From: Mobula hypostoma
Taxonomy: Eukaryota
DNA length: 64,000 nt
NCBI RefSeq assembly: GCF_963921235.1
Contig: NC_086097.1
Span: forward strand, 195,178,001 to 195,242,000
Direction: 5' to 3'
Positions within the stretch are counted from its first letter, which is position 1; each line of letters opens with the position of its first letter. The position numbers and the translations under genes were made by a program. The notes under the pieces were generated by a model. It ran no database searches. It had not been told where the DNA came from and worked only from the letters and a program-made list of their open reading frames with translations. Positions 12,587 through 25,726 of this stretch are shown here, piece after piece.

Positions 12587-13467
12587 GTGATGACTGTGAA
12601 AAGAGAAACAGAGACAACATTCTGAATAATTACTTCAAATCTTACTGAATATTGACAACAAATGACAAGCTGTGTGCGCTTTAGCATTTTCTTGTCTCTG
12701 TCCTGTTAGCCATTCATCAATGGAACTAGGTTATAAAATTCACGAGGCAACTAGTAATTAATTGAAGCTCACACTTTATTGTCTCTGCACAAACAACAAT
12801 GTAAACTATGTTGACCCCGGGCCAACAACTTAGTAAGTGAATTCTACTGTTCCCTCTGTACCAATCCACATTTAGACAATTTGTCCAATTTATAACACCA
12901 AAATAGGGGATCTCCATTGGCCAGATGATCGATTCTTTCTTCACCCAGCCCCTGCCATGGGTTTTTTCCTTGCGATGGTAGGTCTCTTGAGAGAGCTATC
13001 GCTGAAAACATGCTCAAAATATCCACTTTTATGTTTGTTCCTTACCAATTCAATTATTGCATTCCAATGTCATTGGCTGTAGCTCAACCAATTGACCTTT
13101 AACACCTTTTTTATTGGCTCTGCTCCTGGCTAGGATCCATTTATTGCCCTTTTCCCAGCAAGATTTATGGCTCCCAGTAATTTATGGCTCTCTCTTCTCT
13201 TCAGTAACCAGTTTGAGTCACTCCAGGCAGATACTAACCCCAACATTCACAAACCTGCACGTTATTATATCAAATAACAACTCAGAAATAACTTCTTTGG
13301 AAATGATCTCTAGTTCAGCAGATTACCTGGACCATCACTGTATCAATTTTAAAAAGCAAAGCAACTCCATCTCACAAAATGGAGGACGTAAAACAGTTCC
13401 ACAAAATGGCAGCCTTCATCTCCAAGCACAGGGCAGGAACAAAGACAATTGATCTCTCAGCTGACAA

Positions 13468-13604
13468 AGTCCTGACGAAGGGTCTCGGCCCAAAACGTCG
13501 ACTATACCTCTTCCTAGAGATGCCCCCTGGCCTGCTGCATTCACCAGCAACTTTTATGTGTGTTGCTTGAAATTCCAGCATCTGCAGATTTCCTCGTGTT
13601 TGCG
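13468..13604 (+). mobile_element. Solo Penelope pLTR fragment starting at a mutated hammerhead
   Basis: Near-identical to 11838-11972; GAAA core reads AAAA (G12 lost at 13492). Confidence 0.8.
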
Positions 13605-13719
13605 TGATCTCTCTGCTTCTACTGTCCTTGACCCATTTGAGTTCGACATTTTCTTCCACATTTTAAATCTACCATGGCCAACACTACACTAAAAATAACT
13701 TAACTTTTAAAGATATAAC

Positions 13720-14050
13720 GTGTGGCACAATAGTGTAGTGACTAGTATAATGATATTACAGCACCAGTGATCAGCAATCGGTATTCAATTCCTGCCGCTG
13801 TCTGTCAAGAGTATGTATGTTCTCTCTGAAACCACATGACTTTCCTCTGGGTGGTCCAGTTTTCCTCCACATTCCTAGAACATATGAGGTAGTGTTAGTA
13901 GGTTGTGATCATGCTATGTAGCACCAGAAGCATGATGACGCAAGTGGGCTGCTCCACCGCATGTTCAGACTGTGTTGGTTGTTGACACAAATGACACATT
14001 TCCCTGTATGGTTCAATGTTTAAATGTGTACATGCAACAAATAATGCTAG
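13720..14050 (+). mobile_element. tRNA-derived SINE with V-SINE-like core
   Basis: A/B-box-like head (TAGTGTAGTG...TTCAATTCC), core GTATGTTCTC...TTTCCTCTGGGTGGTCCAGTTTTCCTCCACA, LINE-like tail. Confidence 0.6.
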
Positions 14051-16129
14051 TACTTGTCTCTTTTTAAATTATTTATTTTCTAAATGACCAACCTTAGAAA
14101 TGCTAGTCAGAAACTATGAGATGGGACTTGTTTCAGCGGTTCTTTTTGTTTTTCCCTGTCCTGGAACATGGGCGTTGTCAGCCAGTATTTAATGGCCGTC
14201 GCATCACTGCATTGCATTGTATCCCTTGAAACATTTCCATTTCAAAGCAGTGTATAACAAATTGCAGTTGGTCATTTGTCCCTCATCCTGCTGTACTTCT
14301 CATTAAAGTGATCATTTCCTGGAAATCACAATAATTGAATTGACATAATGAACTTGCATTTAAATTTGCCTTAGCCACTAAAGAAAACTTGTTGTTGTAG
14401 CAGGTACTACTGTCTCGAAGATTGTACTGTAGCTTTTACGCCAAACAAAAATAGGTGGCACGAATTTGTTTGAAAAATTACAAGGGTATGGTATTGATCA
14501 TTGTCAATTAATAGGATGAGAAGCTTGAACAGAATCATCAGTTACTTGGTTTACTTGATATCGTATTATTTAATTTCCGCAAGCTCCTAAAAAGACTGCA
14601 TTCTGATAATAAATAAAAATTGTATTGTTTCCATTCAGTGTAATAATTTCACCTGCACACTTGATAAATTAATATAATTTTGCAATAATTCCTTTATCGA
14701 TGACTTCACGTCTGGAACCTTTGCTTGTACTGACAGCTATTTATAGGCAGATTTCGGAGGCATAGGACTGACCAGGAGACATGCAAACATATATCTGCAA
14801 GGAAACCTTCTGGGAATAATGATATTTTCTCAGAAATAAAAACAGAATTGAGTTTAGTGAATGGTAGTTTGAGAGCCTGGGTTTTTGTGTAAGTCACATT
14901 GTGTTTAACCCGACTTAGAATCAGTTGACACAAGAACCATAACATCAATACAATAAAGCATCAAGACAAAAGGAGCCACTTTAACTTTAAAGATTTGATT
15001 TGAGCCACAACTAAGAATAATCAGAAAATTTTGATCACTTGAGTGATGTTCATTTCATACTTGCAGATAAAGCTCCTGCAGTTCTGAAGACATTACATTC
15101 ATGCTCAATAACAACAAAACATATTTAATATTGCTTGTGATCCCAGGGGAGTATTATCAGGCAAAATTAGGCACCCAGGCTCATAAAACCTTAGGAGAGG
15201 AATGCGGAGTTTGTACAGAAATGGAATACTGAAAAAGGGAGCTTCAGTCTGATGTTTAGCTTTAACTTGAGCAGCTTCCAGAAATGAACCTTTAAAGAAT
15301 GGAAACAGCTGGTATTCACTTTGTTTATTCCCACAGCTGAATAATTACTCAAACATTATTTGACTTCTTTCTTTATATTTGGCTTTTTTTTTAACAACTT
15401 GAGTTTCAAAATAGATTTTCTTGGTAATGAGAAATTTTGCTCCAACAACAACAGTATGCTTCGACTTCTTCTCTAGAGCACATGCAGTCCTAATGGAAAT
15501 GCACCAACACCCCTTTGTCATCATTGTAGCATCCACACGATCCTTTGTGTTGCTGTACAATAAGGCAAGCAACAGGAATAGAGCCCCCAGCAAAATATCC
15601 TTTAGTATAGTATATCAACTCTCAAGTAAAAGCAATAGTGTATGAAATAATGTAGCAAGAGACACAGCACATAATGCACATGCTTTTTAGGTGTATACTC
15701 ACATTCATGTAGTCCATTGTTCACTGAATTAATATCCTGGAAATTTCTATTAAGCAGCAATGGGTGAGTATCTTCAATTCAAAAACTGCACTAATTCAAG
15801 AAGAGGCCCAGCATCACTTTTTCAAAGGTACATAACAATGGTGATTTAATATTAGCCATCTAGCAATGTTCAGATCCCACAGGCTTGGATACTGGATACC
15901 CAGCAATCTGTTGTAAGGCAGATCTCAGGAGTGCCATTATGAACTGAAAATTTTTGCCAGCATTAAAACCTAGCACCACATTGCAGCAGTAAGCTTGGCT
16001 GAGTTTTAGTAGCTATCATACTCATAAAGCATTAAAATTGATGCAGTTAAAATGGTTCCTTGTACTCACCAATTGATCCACCAACAGCTTGTACTGAAGT
16101 AATAATGATGAGTTGGAGGATAGGAAGAA

Positions 16130-16555
16130 GACAGAGCATCTAGTGGCATAGGGTCATGATAACAGTTGTTCCCTCAATATCAGCAAAAGAGCTGGTCATT
16201 GACTTCAGGAGGGGACAGTGCAAAGAGTTATCAGGTGCAGCAGGAATCTTCACAGCTGTAGTTATATTCTCCCTTTCAAAGTGGGCATAGAAGGCATTGA
16301 GATCATCTGGTAGTGAAACATCGCTGCCATTCATGCTATTGTTCCCTAGTATGATAAGATGGACTCTTTACCTCACAATCTACCTCGTTATGACCTTGCA
16401 CCTTCTTGTCTGCACTACACTTTCTCTGTAACTCTGACACTTTATTCTGCAGTTTGTTTTTTATTTTCCTTTCTAATAACTCAATGTACTGTTGTAATAA
16501 AGTTTTCACTCTACCTTGGTACAAGTGACAATAAATAAAAACAACATATCAATTT
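16130..16555. mobile_element. Rearranged Rex1/Babar fragments
   Basis: SLPDDLNAFYAHFE on minus strand, KELVIDFRR-like piece and LINE 3' UTR on plus strand. Confidence 0.55.
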
Positions 16556-18059
16556 ACATTATCAACAGGTTTGACCAACTCCATTCTGAACTAATAACTA
16601 CTTGAAGAATTATCTTGTAACCACTTTCAATTACATTGATTTTACTGGACCATGTAGGAAGTCTTAAATCATTATTTCCAACTCTAAAAGCTTATTGGAA
16701 GTATTCATGGATCTGCAATGACACTTAAACTCAATACAATTACATTGTCCGACACCCAACAAGTAAATGGATGGGATCTGATCTCAAGGCTTGGTTGGCT
16801 TTAATTACATCTGCACTGAGAAAGAAAGATTGACTTTTGATACAAACAGGCTACAGCTTCTCTGCCTACCTATACACGCAATAATGGGCATACAACTTAA
16901 ATCCTTGGCAATTTTTCATGCAATTTCTACAATTCATGTTCTTGGTAATGTCCATATGGTGAGACCTACCTCATTAGATAGATCTAAGGACTTGTTCTGT
17001 AAGTTCTCCACAGCCTAGAAAAATGAGCAGGTGTGTTGTGGAACAATTGGGAAATGGAGCTTCACTTATTATTTTTGTAGGGACCTTCTTTGTCTGGAGC
17101 CAGGACTGATTTCAGCCTAGAACACCTTATAATTAAATAGCATAACTAGGAGGGGGTGTCCACTTTGGGAGCTTATTGAACTCTTCTTTAAGGCCTACCT
17201 GAAAGTATATGTTAAATGAATCGTGGTCCTGCTTTGTATATGGCTTGGATTCCAAAAAGTTTCAAGGTTTCTGTGTTTTGTACCAGTGACACCAATGTTT
17301 CTCTTCCCCCTCAACCCAAAGTTTTTACAGAATTTCTTTTCCCAGCTCATTCATAGAAAGGAGCTCAAGATGGTGCACAGGCAACCAATCAAAAAATGCA
17401 GGTCAGGAAAAACTATTGATTATAGGACATCAGTTAGTGAAATGTATATTAAACCTACAATATCTATCCTATTTTTGTTTTGCTTTATCAACTTGACACA
17501 ATGCTGGATGGAATAGACAGCCTGGTATATTTGTGGGTCTGCTGTGGATCTGCGTGTTCAGAAAGCCAGCTTCCTGAATGTGTATCAGTTTACTAGTATT
17601 CTGTGTGTTAAGAAATATTTCTAAAACATTGAACATTTCTTCTTCAGATGTTGGCAGTAACTGAAAGTCACTCATTGTGCCGTAAGATTCTGGTCACAGT
17701 TCCCATCTGAAAATTAAGTGTGTATCACTTTCCCGTTCAATAAAGCTAGGATCCTTATAACAAGTTTAATTGGGCCACTGTGGCATATGTCCAATTAAAA
17801 GACAAGGGGAGATTTCACTCACAGTATATTATACTAGTCTCATGTGGGTTGAGTGACTTGAATACTCCCCACATAATAAGAAGAAGAATGTGGCTTGTTA
17901 GGAACAAAGAAGGTGACCTGTGTGTAGATGGGAATGGAACAGGAAGTTTAATGGGAGCAGTTGGTGCTGAAGCCTGGATGTGACAGACTGAATAGATAAG
18001 GGAAACCAGTAATTGTGGTGTAATTGGATATTCAGAACGTTTGAATGTGATCTCACACA

Positions 18060-18400
18060 GGAGGGTGGCCATCAAGGTGAGAACACATGGAATTGGGAGA
18101 AATATATTAACATTGATGAAGGGCTAGCTATCAGTCTGAAAGCGAACTGTTGGAATAACTAGATTCATCTCAGATTTACAAATAATTATTAGCGGGGTAC
18201 CACGAGGATCTTGAACCCCAGATATTCACAATATTACATCAATGATTTACCTGTAGGGATAAGTATCATAACTTCAAGTTTTCTTGATCTGATGATACAA
18301 AACTAGGTGAGTGTGTGACCAGAGGAGCACATAAAGAGGCTTCAAGGTGATATGAAGATGTGACAGAATGAAAAATGTCTGTCTAATTTTAGTAGAAATT
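18060..18400 (+). mobile_element. Highly degenerate CR1 RT fragment
   Basis: Remnants of HGIG.., SGVPQGS.., FTIYINDL, DDTKLG motifs. Confidence 0.55.
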
Positions 18401-19260
18401 TACAGAAGTTCCATTTCATTTCCTCAAGCTAATTAAATAAATTCCATGAGTATGCAGTAACTAAATTACTTTGTGCACTTAATTAATCTGAATGATATTT
18501 TAAGCTTGAGAATTTGATAGTATATACATATGTTATAGATACATATATATGTATGCATATGTATATAGAAGAAAGAAACAATAATAAAAAATAAATACCT
18601 ACATAGAGGGATATACTAGTTTAGTTCTTCAGTGTCTGAACTTTGTTTGCCAAGCATTCCTAATAGGAAGAAACTTTTTTCCATGTTCCCTATAAATTTT
18701 AATCATTGGGAAATTTAAAAGGTCCCATTGCATCTCCTTAATTCTCCAGAGTAATCACCTCTCCACGTAGTTACAGCATCCATCAGAAATAGCTTTGAAA
18801 GAGATTAAACCCACGTATAGTAATAAAGACATTATCTAATTGCAAAATGAACATTCTAAGTTACAAGTAATGACTCTTACTGTGTTCCAACATTTTCTTT
18901 GATAAGTTGAAACTTATCCTGCTGTATGTAGATCTAAGGCTTGGATTCGTCTATGTTTCCTCAGTGAGATTAAAGGCCCACAATAAATTTTAAAACTTCA
19001 AGAAATAAAACCTTGTTTTAACTTTCAAATATTAGAATAAACTTTAACTTTATTGTGTTGCCAGTTCAGCCACAGAATTAGCCAAATTATCTCAACCTTT
19101 TCTTTTGTAATTTTACTTTGAGCAATGTCAGCATGACTCCATGTATTGTTTCTGTCATGTTTTCCTGAGGAAGTAGATTATATGAAACTTGCCCTACAAC
19201 TGCTGATGATGTTTCCATAATATTGTTTGGTTGGGAACTCAAGCGTTTTTACCCAGTAAC

Positions 19261-20213
19261 TGTTGTGTGTGTGGACTGGTTAAATGCTATTAATAAAAAT
19301 GCTGGAGATGGGAGCTAAGTGTCATGGTTCTTTACTGGCTGAAACCGAACTCGGCACACACGTACAGGTCAATACGCGCCTAATAGCGCATTAGAAACAT
19401 AGAAACATAGAAAACCTACAGCACAATACAGGCCTTTCAGCCCAGAGTTGTGCCGAACATGTCCCTACCGTAGAAATTACGAGGCTTACCTATAGCCTTC
19501 TATTTTACTAAGCTCCATGTACCTATCTAAAAGTCTCTTAAAAGACCCTATTGTATCCACCTCCACTACTGTTGCCAGCAGCCCATTCCACGCATTTACC
19601 ACTCTCTGAGTAAAAAATTTACCTCTGACATCTCCTCTGTACCTACTCCCCAGCACCTTAAACCTGTGTCTTCTTGTGGCAACCATTTCAGCCCTGGGAA
19701 AAAGCCTCTGACTATCCACACGATCAATGCCTCTCTTATACACCTCTATCAGGTCACCTCTCATCCTCCATCGCTCCAAGGAGAAAAGGCCGAGTTCACT
19801 CAACCTATTCTCATAAGACATGCTCCCCAATCCAGGCAACATCCTTGTAAATCTCCTCTGCACCCTTTCTATGGCTTCCATATCCTTCCTGTAGCGAGGC
19901 GACCAGAACTGAGCACAGTACTCCAAGTGTAGTCTGACCAGGGTCCTATATAGCTGCAACATTACCTCTCGGCTCCTAAATTCAATTTCATGATTGATGA
20001 AGGCCAATGCACCGTACACCTTCTTAACCACAGAGTCAACCTGCGCAGCTGCTTTGAGCGTCCTATGCACTCAGACTCCAAGATCCCTCTGATCCTCCAC
20101 ACTGCCAAGAGTCCTAACATTAATACTATATTCTACCATCATACTTGACCATTCAATGACGTGTTACTAAAACATAAAGTAGTCCCTTATTATACCATCG
20201 GCTATATAGTACA
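19261..20213 (-). repeat. 3' LTR, interrupted by CR1 insertion
   Basis: 19261-19392 and 20150-20213 align with 27155-27377; preceded on minus strand by PPT AAAATAAAAGGGGAGGAG. Confidence 0.9.
19393..20149 (-). mobile_element. CR1 LINE 3' fragment inside the LTR
   Basis: ORF 19486..20070; (TTCTATGT)n tail; CATT duplicated at 19389-19392 and 20150-20153. Confidence 0.9.
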
Positions 20214-20446
20214 CTCCTCCCCTTTTATTTTAATAGTGTAACAACTGTTTTTTTTTGCTGGGGCACTATGCTAACAAATATGTTTACCCTTAACATACAA
20301 ACGCCTACCATTTGTTGACTTAGTAACTTAGTAATATCAAATTATAACAAACAACAGGAATTCTGCAGATGCTGGAAATTCAAGCAACACACATCAAAGT
20401 TGCTGGTGAGCGCAGCAGGCCAAGCAGCATCTGTAGGAAGAGGTGC

Positions 20447-20482
20447 AGTCGACGTTTCAGGCCAAGACCCTTCGTCAGGACT
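20447..20482 (-). ncRNA. Minimal type I hammerhead ribozyme in Penelope 3' pLTR
   Basis: AGUC-CUGACGA-AGGGUCUUGGCCU-GAAACGUC/GACU on the element sense strand. Confidence 0.85.
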
Positions 20483-20803
20483 AACTGAAGGAAGAGTGAG
20501 AAAGGGATTTGAAAGTTGGAGGGGGAGGGGGAGATCCAAAATGATAGGAGAAGACAGGAGGTGGAGGGATAGAGCCAAGAGCTGGACAGGTGATAGGCAA
20601 AAGGGGATACGAGAGGATTATGGGACAGGAGGTCCGGGAAGAAAGACAAAGGGGGGGGGGACCCAGAGGATGGGCAAGAGGTATATTCAGAGGGACAGAG
20701 GGAGAAAAAAGAGAGTGAGAGAAAGAATGTGTGCATAAAAATAAGTGACAGATGGGGTACGAGGGGGAGGTGGGGCCTTAGCAGAAGTTAGAGAAGTCGA
20801 TGT

Positions 20804-23518
20804 TCATGCTATCAGGTTGGAGGCTACCCAGACGGAATATAAGGTGTTGTTCCTCCAACCTGAGTGTGGCTTCATCTTTACAGTAGAGGAGGCCGTGGAT
20901 AGACATGTCAGAATGGGAATGGGATGTGGAATTAAAATGTGTGGCCACTGTGAGATCCTGCTTTCTCTGGCGGACAGAGCGTAGATGTTCAGCAAAGCAG
21001 TCTCCCAGTCTGCATCGGGTCTCGCCAATATATAAAAGGCCACATCGGGAGCACCGGACGCAGATATCACCCCAGTCAACTCACAGGTGAAGTGTTGCCT
21101 CACCTGGAAGGACTGTTTGGGGCCCTGAATGGTGGTAAGGCAGGAAGTGTAAGGGCATGTGTAGCACTTGTTCCGCTTACACGGATAAGTGCCAGGAGGG
21201 AGATCAGTGGGGAGGGATGGGGGGGGGCGAATGGACAAGGGAGTTGTGTAGGGAACGATCCCTGCGGAATGCAGGGGGGGGGAGGGAAAGATGTGCTTAG
21301 TGGTGGGATCCTGTTGGAGGTGGCGGAAGTTACGGAGAATAATATGTTGGACCCGGAGGCTGGTGGGGTGGTAGGTGAGGACCAGGGGAACCCTATTCCT
21401 AGTGGGGTGGCGGGAGGATGGAGTGAGAGCAGATGTACGTGAAATGGGGGAGATGCGTTGAAGAGCAGAGTTGATAGTGGAGGAAGGGAAGCCCCTTTCT
21501 TTAAAAAAGGAAGACATCTCCCTCGTCCTAGAATGAAAAGCCTCATCCTGAGAGCAGCTGCGGCGGAGACGGAGGAATTGCGAGAAGGAGATGGCGTTTT
21601 TGCAAGAGACAGGGTGAGAAGAGGAATAGTCCAGATAGCTGTGAGAGTCAGTAGGCTTATAGTAGACATTAGTGGATAAGCTGTCTCCAGAAACAGAGAC
21701 AGAAAGATCTAGAAAGGGAAGGGAGGTGTCGGAAATGGACCAGGTAAACGTGAGGGCAGGGTGAAAGTTGGAGGCAAAGTTAATAAAGTCAACAAGTTCT
21801 GCATGCATGCAGGAAGCAGCGCCAATGCAGTCGTTGATGTAGCGAAGGAAAGGTGGGGGACAGATACCAGAATAGGCACGGAACATAGGTTGTTCCACAA
21901 ACCCAACAAAAAGGCAGGCATAGCTAGGACCCATACGGGTGCCCATAGCTACACCTTTAGTTTGGAGGCAGTGGGAGGAGCCAAAGGAGAAATTATTAAG
22001 AGTAAGGACTAATTCCGCTAGACGGAGCAGAGTAGTGATAGAGGGGAACTGATTAGGTCTGGAATCCAAAAAGAAGCGTAGAGCTTTGAGACCTTCCTGA
22101 TGGGGGATGGAAGTATATAAGGACTGGACATCCATAGTGAAAATAAAGCGGTGGGGGCCAGGGAACTTAAAATCATCGAAAAGTTTAAGAGCGTGAGAAG
22201 TGTCACGAACATAGGTCGGAAGGGATTGAACAAGGGGTGATAAAACAGTGTCGAGGTATGCAGAAATGAGTTCGGTGGGGCAGGAGCAAGCTGAGACAAT
22301 AGGTCGGCCAGGACAGGCAGGTTTGTGGATCTTGGGTAGGAGGTAGAAACGGGAAGTGCGGGGTGTGGGAACTATAAGGCTGGTAGCAGTGGATGGGAGA
22401 TCCCCTGAGCGGATAAAGTCGGTGATGGTGTGGGAGACAATGGCCTGGTGCTCCTTAGTGGGGTCACGATCGAGGGGTAAATAAGAGGAGGTATCCGCGA
22501 GTTGTCGCTGTGCCTCAGCAAGGTAGAGGTCAGTACGCCAGACTACAACAGCACCCCACTTATCGGCCGGTTTAATAATAAGGTTAGGATTAGTGCGGAG
22601 GGAGTGGAGAGCAGAGCGTTCCGAAGGAGTGAGGTTGGAATGGGGACAAGGTGCGGTAAAGTCGAGACGGTTGATGTTCCGTCGGCAGTTAGCGATAAAG
22701 AGATCCAGAGCAGGCAGAAGACCAGAGCGGGGTGTCCATGAAGAAGAGGAGGATTGAAGATGGGAGAAGGGGTCATCGGTGGGGGTGGAAGAGTCCTTGT
22801 CGAAGAAGTAGGCTCGGAGATGGAGATGGCGGAAGAAAAGTTCCGCATCATGGCGAACACGGAACTCGCTGAGGTGTGGGCGAAGGGGGACAAACGTGAG
22901 GCCCTTACTGAGAACAGAGCGTTCTGCCTCCGACAGTTGAAGGTCGGAGGGGATGGTAAAGACCCGGCATGGATGAGAGCTGGGATCAGAGGGGGGAGGG
23001 GGGAGGCTGGTGGTGTCAATGGAGAGGGGAGGGTTGGGGTGAGAGGAAGATGGAGCCTCTGAGGGCCCAGGAGTTGACGGTGGGATCTGAGGAAGACGGG
23101 GCTGCGGAGTTGTGGTGGGGGAAGGGGAGATGGGAGTCACAACAGCAGCACATAAAGACCCAGCCTGGAGCTCAAGGCTGGCGTCGCAGTTGGTGGTTGC
23201 GCAATCGCTTTGAAGGTGTCCATGGTCGTTGCTGGAGTTCGGGTTTTGAATATGCCCTGAGGTGTTGGAGCCACCGAGATCAATGGCAGGGGCTGCAATC
23301 TGAAGTTCATGCCTGCTAGTTTCAGGGCCGGCAGGCTTTGGAGTCCGTAGATGTAGGATCTTGCGATCTTTGCCTAACATGACAAAGTCAAAAAAACGGC
23401 GATTGCAGGCGTGAATCCGACGGAGGATGAAATAACAGGTAGGACCATTGCAGACGGCGAAGAAAGTGTCCCGAAGGTGTGGAAGGGTCTGGGATAGGGA
23501 CACCAAGTACCTCCTCAT
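20804..23518 (-). pseudogene. Penelope RT-GIY-YIG ORF, inactivated
   Basis: Catalytic YIDD reads YIND; endonuclease (..LLYIGETR..RLGDCFAEH) shifted out of frame near 21063. Confidence 0.85.
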
Positions 23519-23812
23519 GGCGGAGAGAGTCGCCTTCAGAGCTTGACGGGAGAAGCGGCGAGAGGCAGAGTCAATAAAATGTGAGTACCTGGGATCCTCA
23601 GAAGGTCCAAATTATAACAAGCCTTTTTTTTAACTTTTGGTCTAAGACCCATTTATAACTCAAATCTCTGGGGGAGTCTTCTCTGCCTCTCCGGGTAACG
23701 TCTGCCAATAAACTTGCTTGTTTTAATATAGATTTCCATATGAAAGTCATGAAAAGTTGACCTCTGAACATAGGGAGTTAAGAAGATGTGCCCTTCCAAC
23801 TTGCCAAGAATT

Positions 23813-24105
23813 CTAGGCAGCAGATTGCCTCCATATAATGAAGACTCCTCTGTACAGCTGTCCTAGATATATATGCATCTTTGTGCTATCACTTGTCTTC
23901 CTTACCCATATCTCATTTGTTCTAACTGAGCTAATTACACAGCCAGTCTTTGTATTCTCCTTAGATTCCAAATAGATAGCCTGACCTTTATGATACCATC
24001 TCTTATCGTAATATAACTTTCAATCTTCGATTCGTGCTCCATATCTTTGTGCTGGTGATTCAGCAGGAGTACTGGAAAGATGCTCAGGAGAAGACGGAGA
24101 TGCTG
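23813..24105 (-). pseudogene. SUDS3: Processed SUDS3 pseudogene, 3' part to stop codon
   Basis: [82 protein letters not shown]; probable 3' UTR 23812 to ~23620. Confidence 0.93.
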
Positions 24106-25048
24106 TCACTTTTTGTGGAACACATCATTTAAGAAATACATGATAACTTGGAGTACAAAGTTGCATTCTACGCTGGAAAACTTGCAAAGAGCTGGAACAG
24201 TAACTCTGATATGAGATCACAAGGGCTCTTTTGGGCTATGATTCAGGTCCTCAGGGACTGTAAAAATAGTGCAGGATGTCTATTCTTCAGGTATGATCTG
24301 AAAGAATGTACAATTTGCTTAGGAAAACTCAATGATCCCATCCTGCTTCCATGTGATAATTTTTACTGTTTAAAATGTATAAAACAGTGGCTTGAATCAG
24401 GACAACTACTCTGCCCACTGTGCCATACTTCTCTATATGATAGTTATGTACCAGTGGTAACAGAAGAAGTAAGTGAAGCTGTCGCAAAATTAGTCATATT
24501 TCGCAAGAGGTGTGATGCATTTTTCATAGCTTTGGTTTCCATGGTCTGCTTCAAAGATGACTTGCCACCAACAAAAGAAGTGGTTGGTGATCTGTTGTCT
24601 CTACTAGTTCTTCAAAAGTTGGGGCAATCCAATGACCCACGGAAAGATCAGTACTTTACCAGTAATTGTTCACCATTTGATGAAGCAGTTGATCAAAATC
24701 CTGTTGTTCATTCCATTGGTCTTAAGCTGCTGTTAAAGTATTGTTTTGCTGATATTAAGGATTACTCGCAGTGCTATCTGTCTGGCTCAAGAGGGAGAAT
24801 TCCTTCAGGTGCACATTCATCACAAGTGTGAAATACAACAATAGAACCCTTACAGTTTGTTGCCAGAATTCACCTCTGCTTTGATGCTGTTTCCCAACTT
24901 CTTTGTGGAAAAACAAGTCATATTGGCTGAGGATTCAAAATATGTATGTGCAAAAGAAACTTTCCTGCAAAGAATTAAGTGTATGATTTTCAATGGAGGA
25001 AATGATTGGTTCGAGATTTATCTTGTGCAAAAGCTGTTCTGTTTGAAT
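24106..25048 (+). pseudogene. RNF213: Processed RNF213 fragment (RING and flanking E3 region)
   Basis: SLFVEH.., [83 protein letters not shown]; no introns; RING His replaced by Asn; 10-bp TSD. Confidence 0.92.
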
Positions 25049-25692
25049 GGAGATGCTGGTCTTTTCAGAGATTTAAGCTTATTGAGAATTCGCAGATCTT
25101 CCATTATCTGTTCATCTGTTAACAAGTAATTTAACTGTGCAGGTGCAGGATTTTGTTTTTTGTTGGTAATTGGAACAGGGCATTAGGCCTCTTCCTTAGT
25201 TTCCTAGTCGTTATTCACTTTACCTCCATAGAATCTCCTGTGAGTTCCATTGTTAGTCTCTCATTCTCAATAATCTTTTTCTTTTCTTCTAACTCAATCT
25301 TTTTATCTTCAAATTCCTTCACTGCTTCTTTCTTCTCTTTAATATAATTCCTTAACACTTGTTCTGTCTCCAGATGCAGAAAAAGCGCTGCATTTCATAT
25401 TCTTTCTTTGTATTGTTGATCTAGTTTCTTCATCCTTTTCTGATACTCCTGCAAAGTGCAACTGCCGTGGCGATCTTTTGAGAGATGTCAATTTCTCCCG
25501 GTACATCTGCTCTTTTACTTCCAGGTAGTCTTCATCATCCTGCTTATTGGCAATATCTGTCTCCCTTTTATCCTATGTATCTTCATCCGAGTCGCGGCCA
25601 GGGATACTGCATTCGTCCTCATCGTTGACACTGTCTAGTTCCTCCTCGTCGTTGTAATAGTCAACAATGGGTGAGAGGAGAGCTGCGGACAT
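25049..25692 (-). pseudogene. SUDS3: Processed SUDS3 pseudogene, 5' part
   Basis: [126 protein letters not shown] matches recalled vertebrate SUDS3; intronless, several stops and frameshifts; short GC-rich 5' UTR to ~25727. Confidence 0.93.
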
Positions 25693-25726
25693 CTTCCCCG
25701 CCGAGCGCCCTCCTTTGTTGACGCAA

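Larger units (their letters stand above)
20351..23607 (-). mobile_element. Penelope-like element (Neptune-type), 5'-truncated
   Basis: 904-aa ORF with PLE RT (KPADKWGAVV, LPKIHKPACPGRPIV, GVAMG), Cys linker CKRNKCYTC, frameshifted GIY-YIG; flanking repeat CAAATTATAACAA at 20338-20350 and 23608-23620. Confidence 0.95.

Noticed and set aside
20804..23518. 904-aa ORF as an active retrotransposase
   Set aside because: YIND instead of YIDD, frameshifted GIY-YIG domain, 5' truncation
24148..24831. Functional RNF213 exon or new RING E3 gene
   Set aside because: TTG start, upstream in-frame stop, RING His lost, downstream frameshift, and TSD-bounded inside a pseudogene
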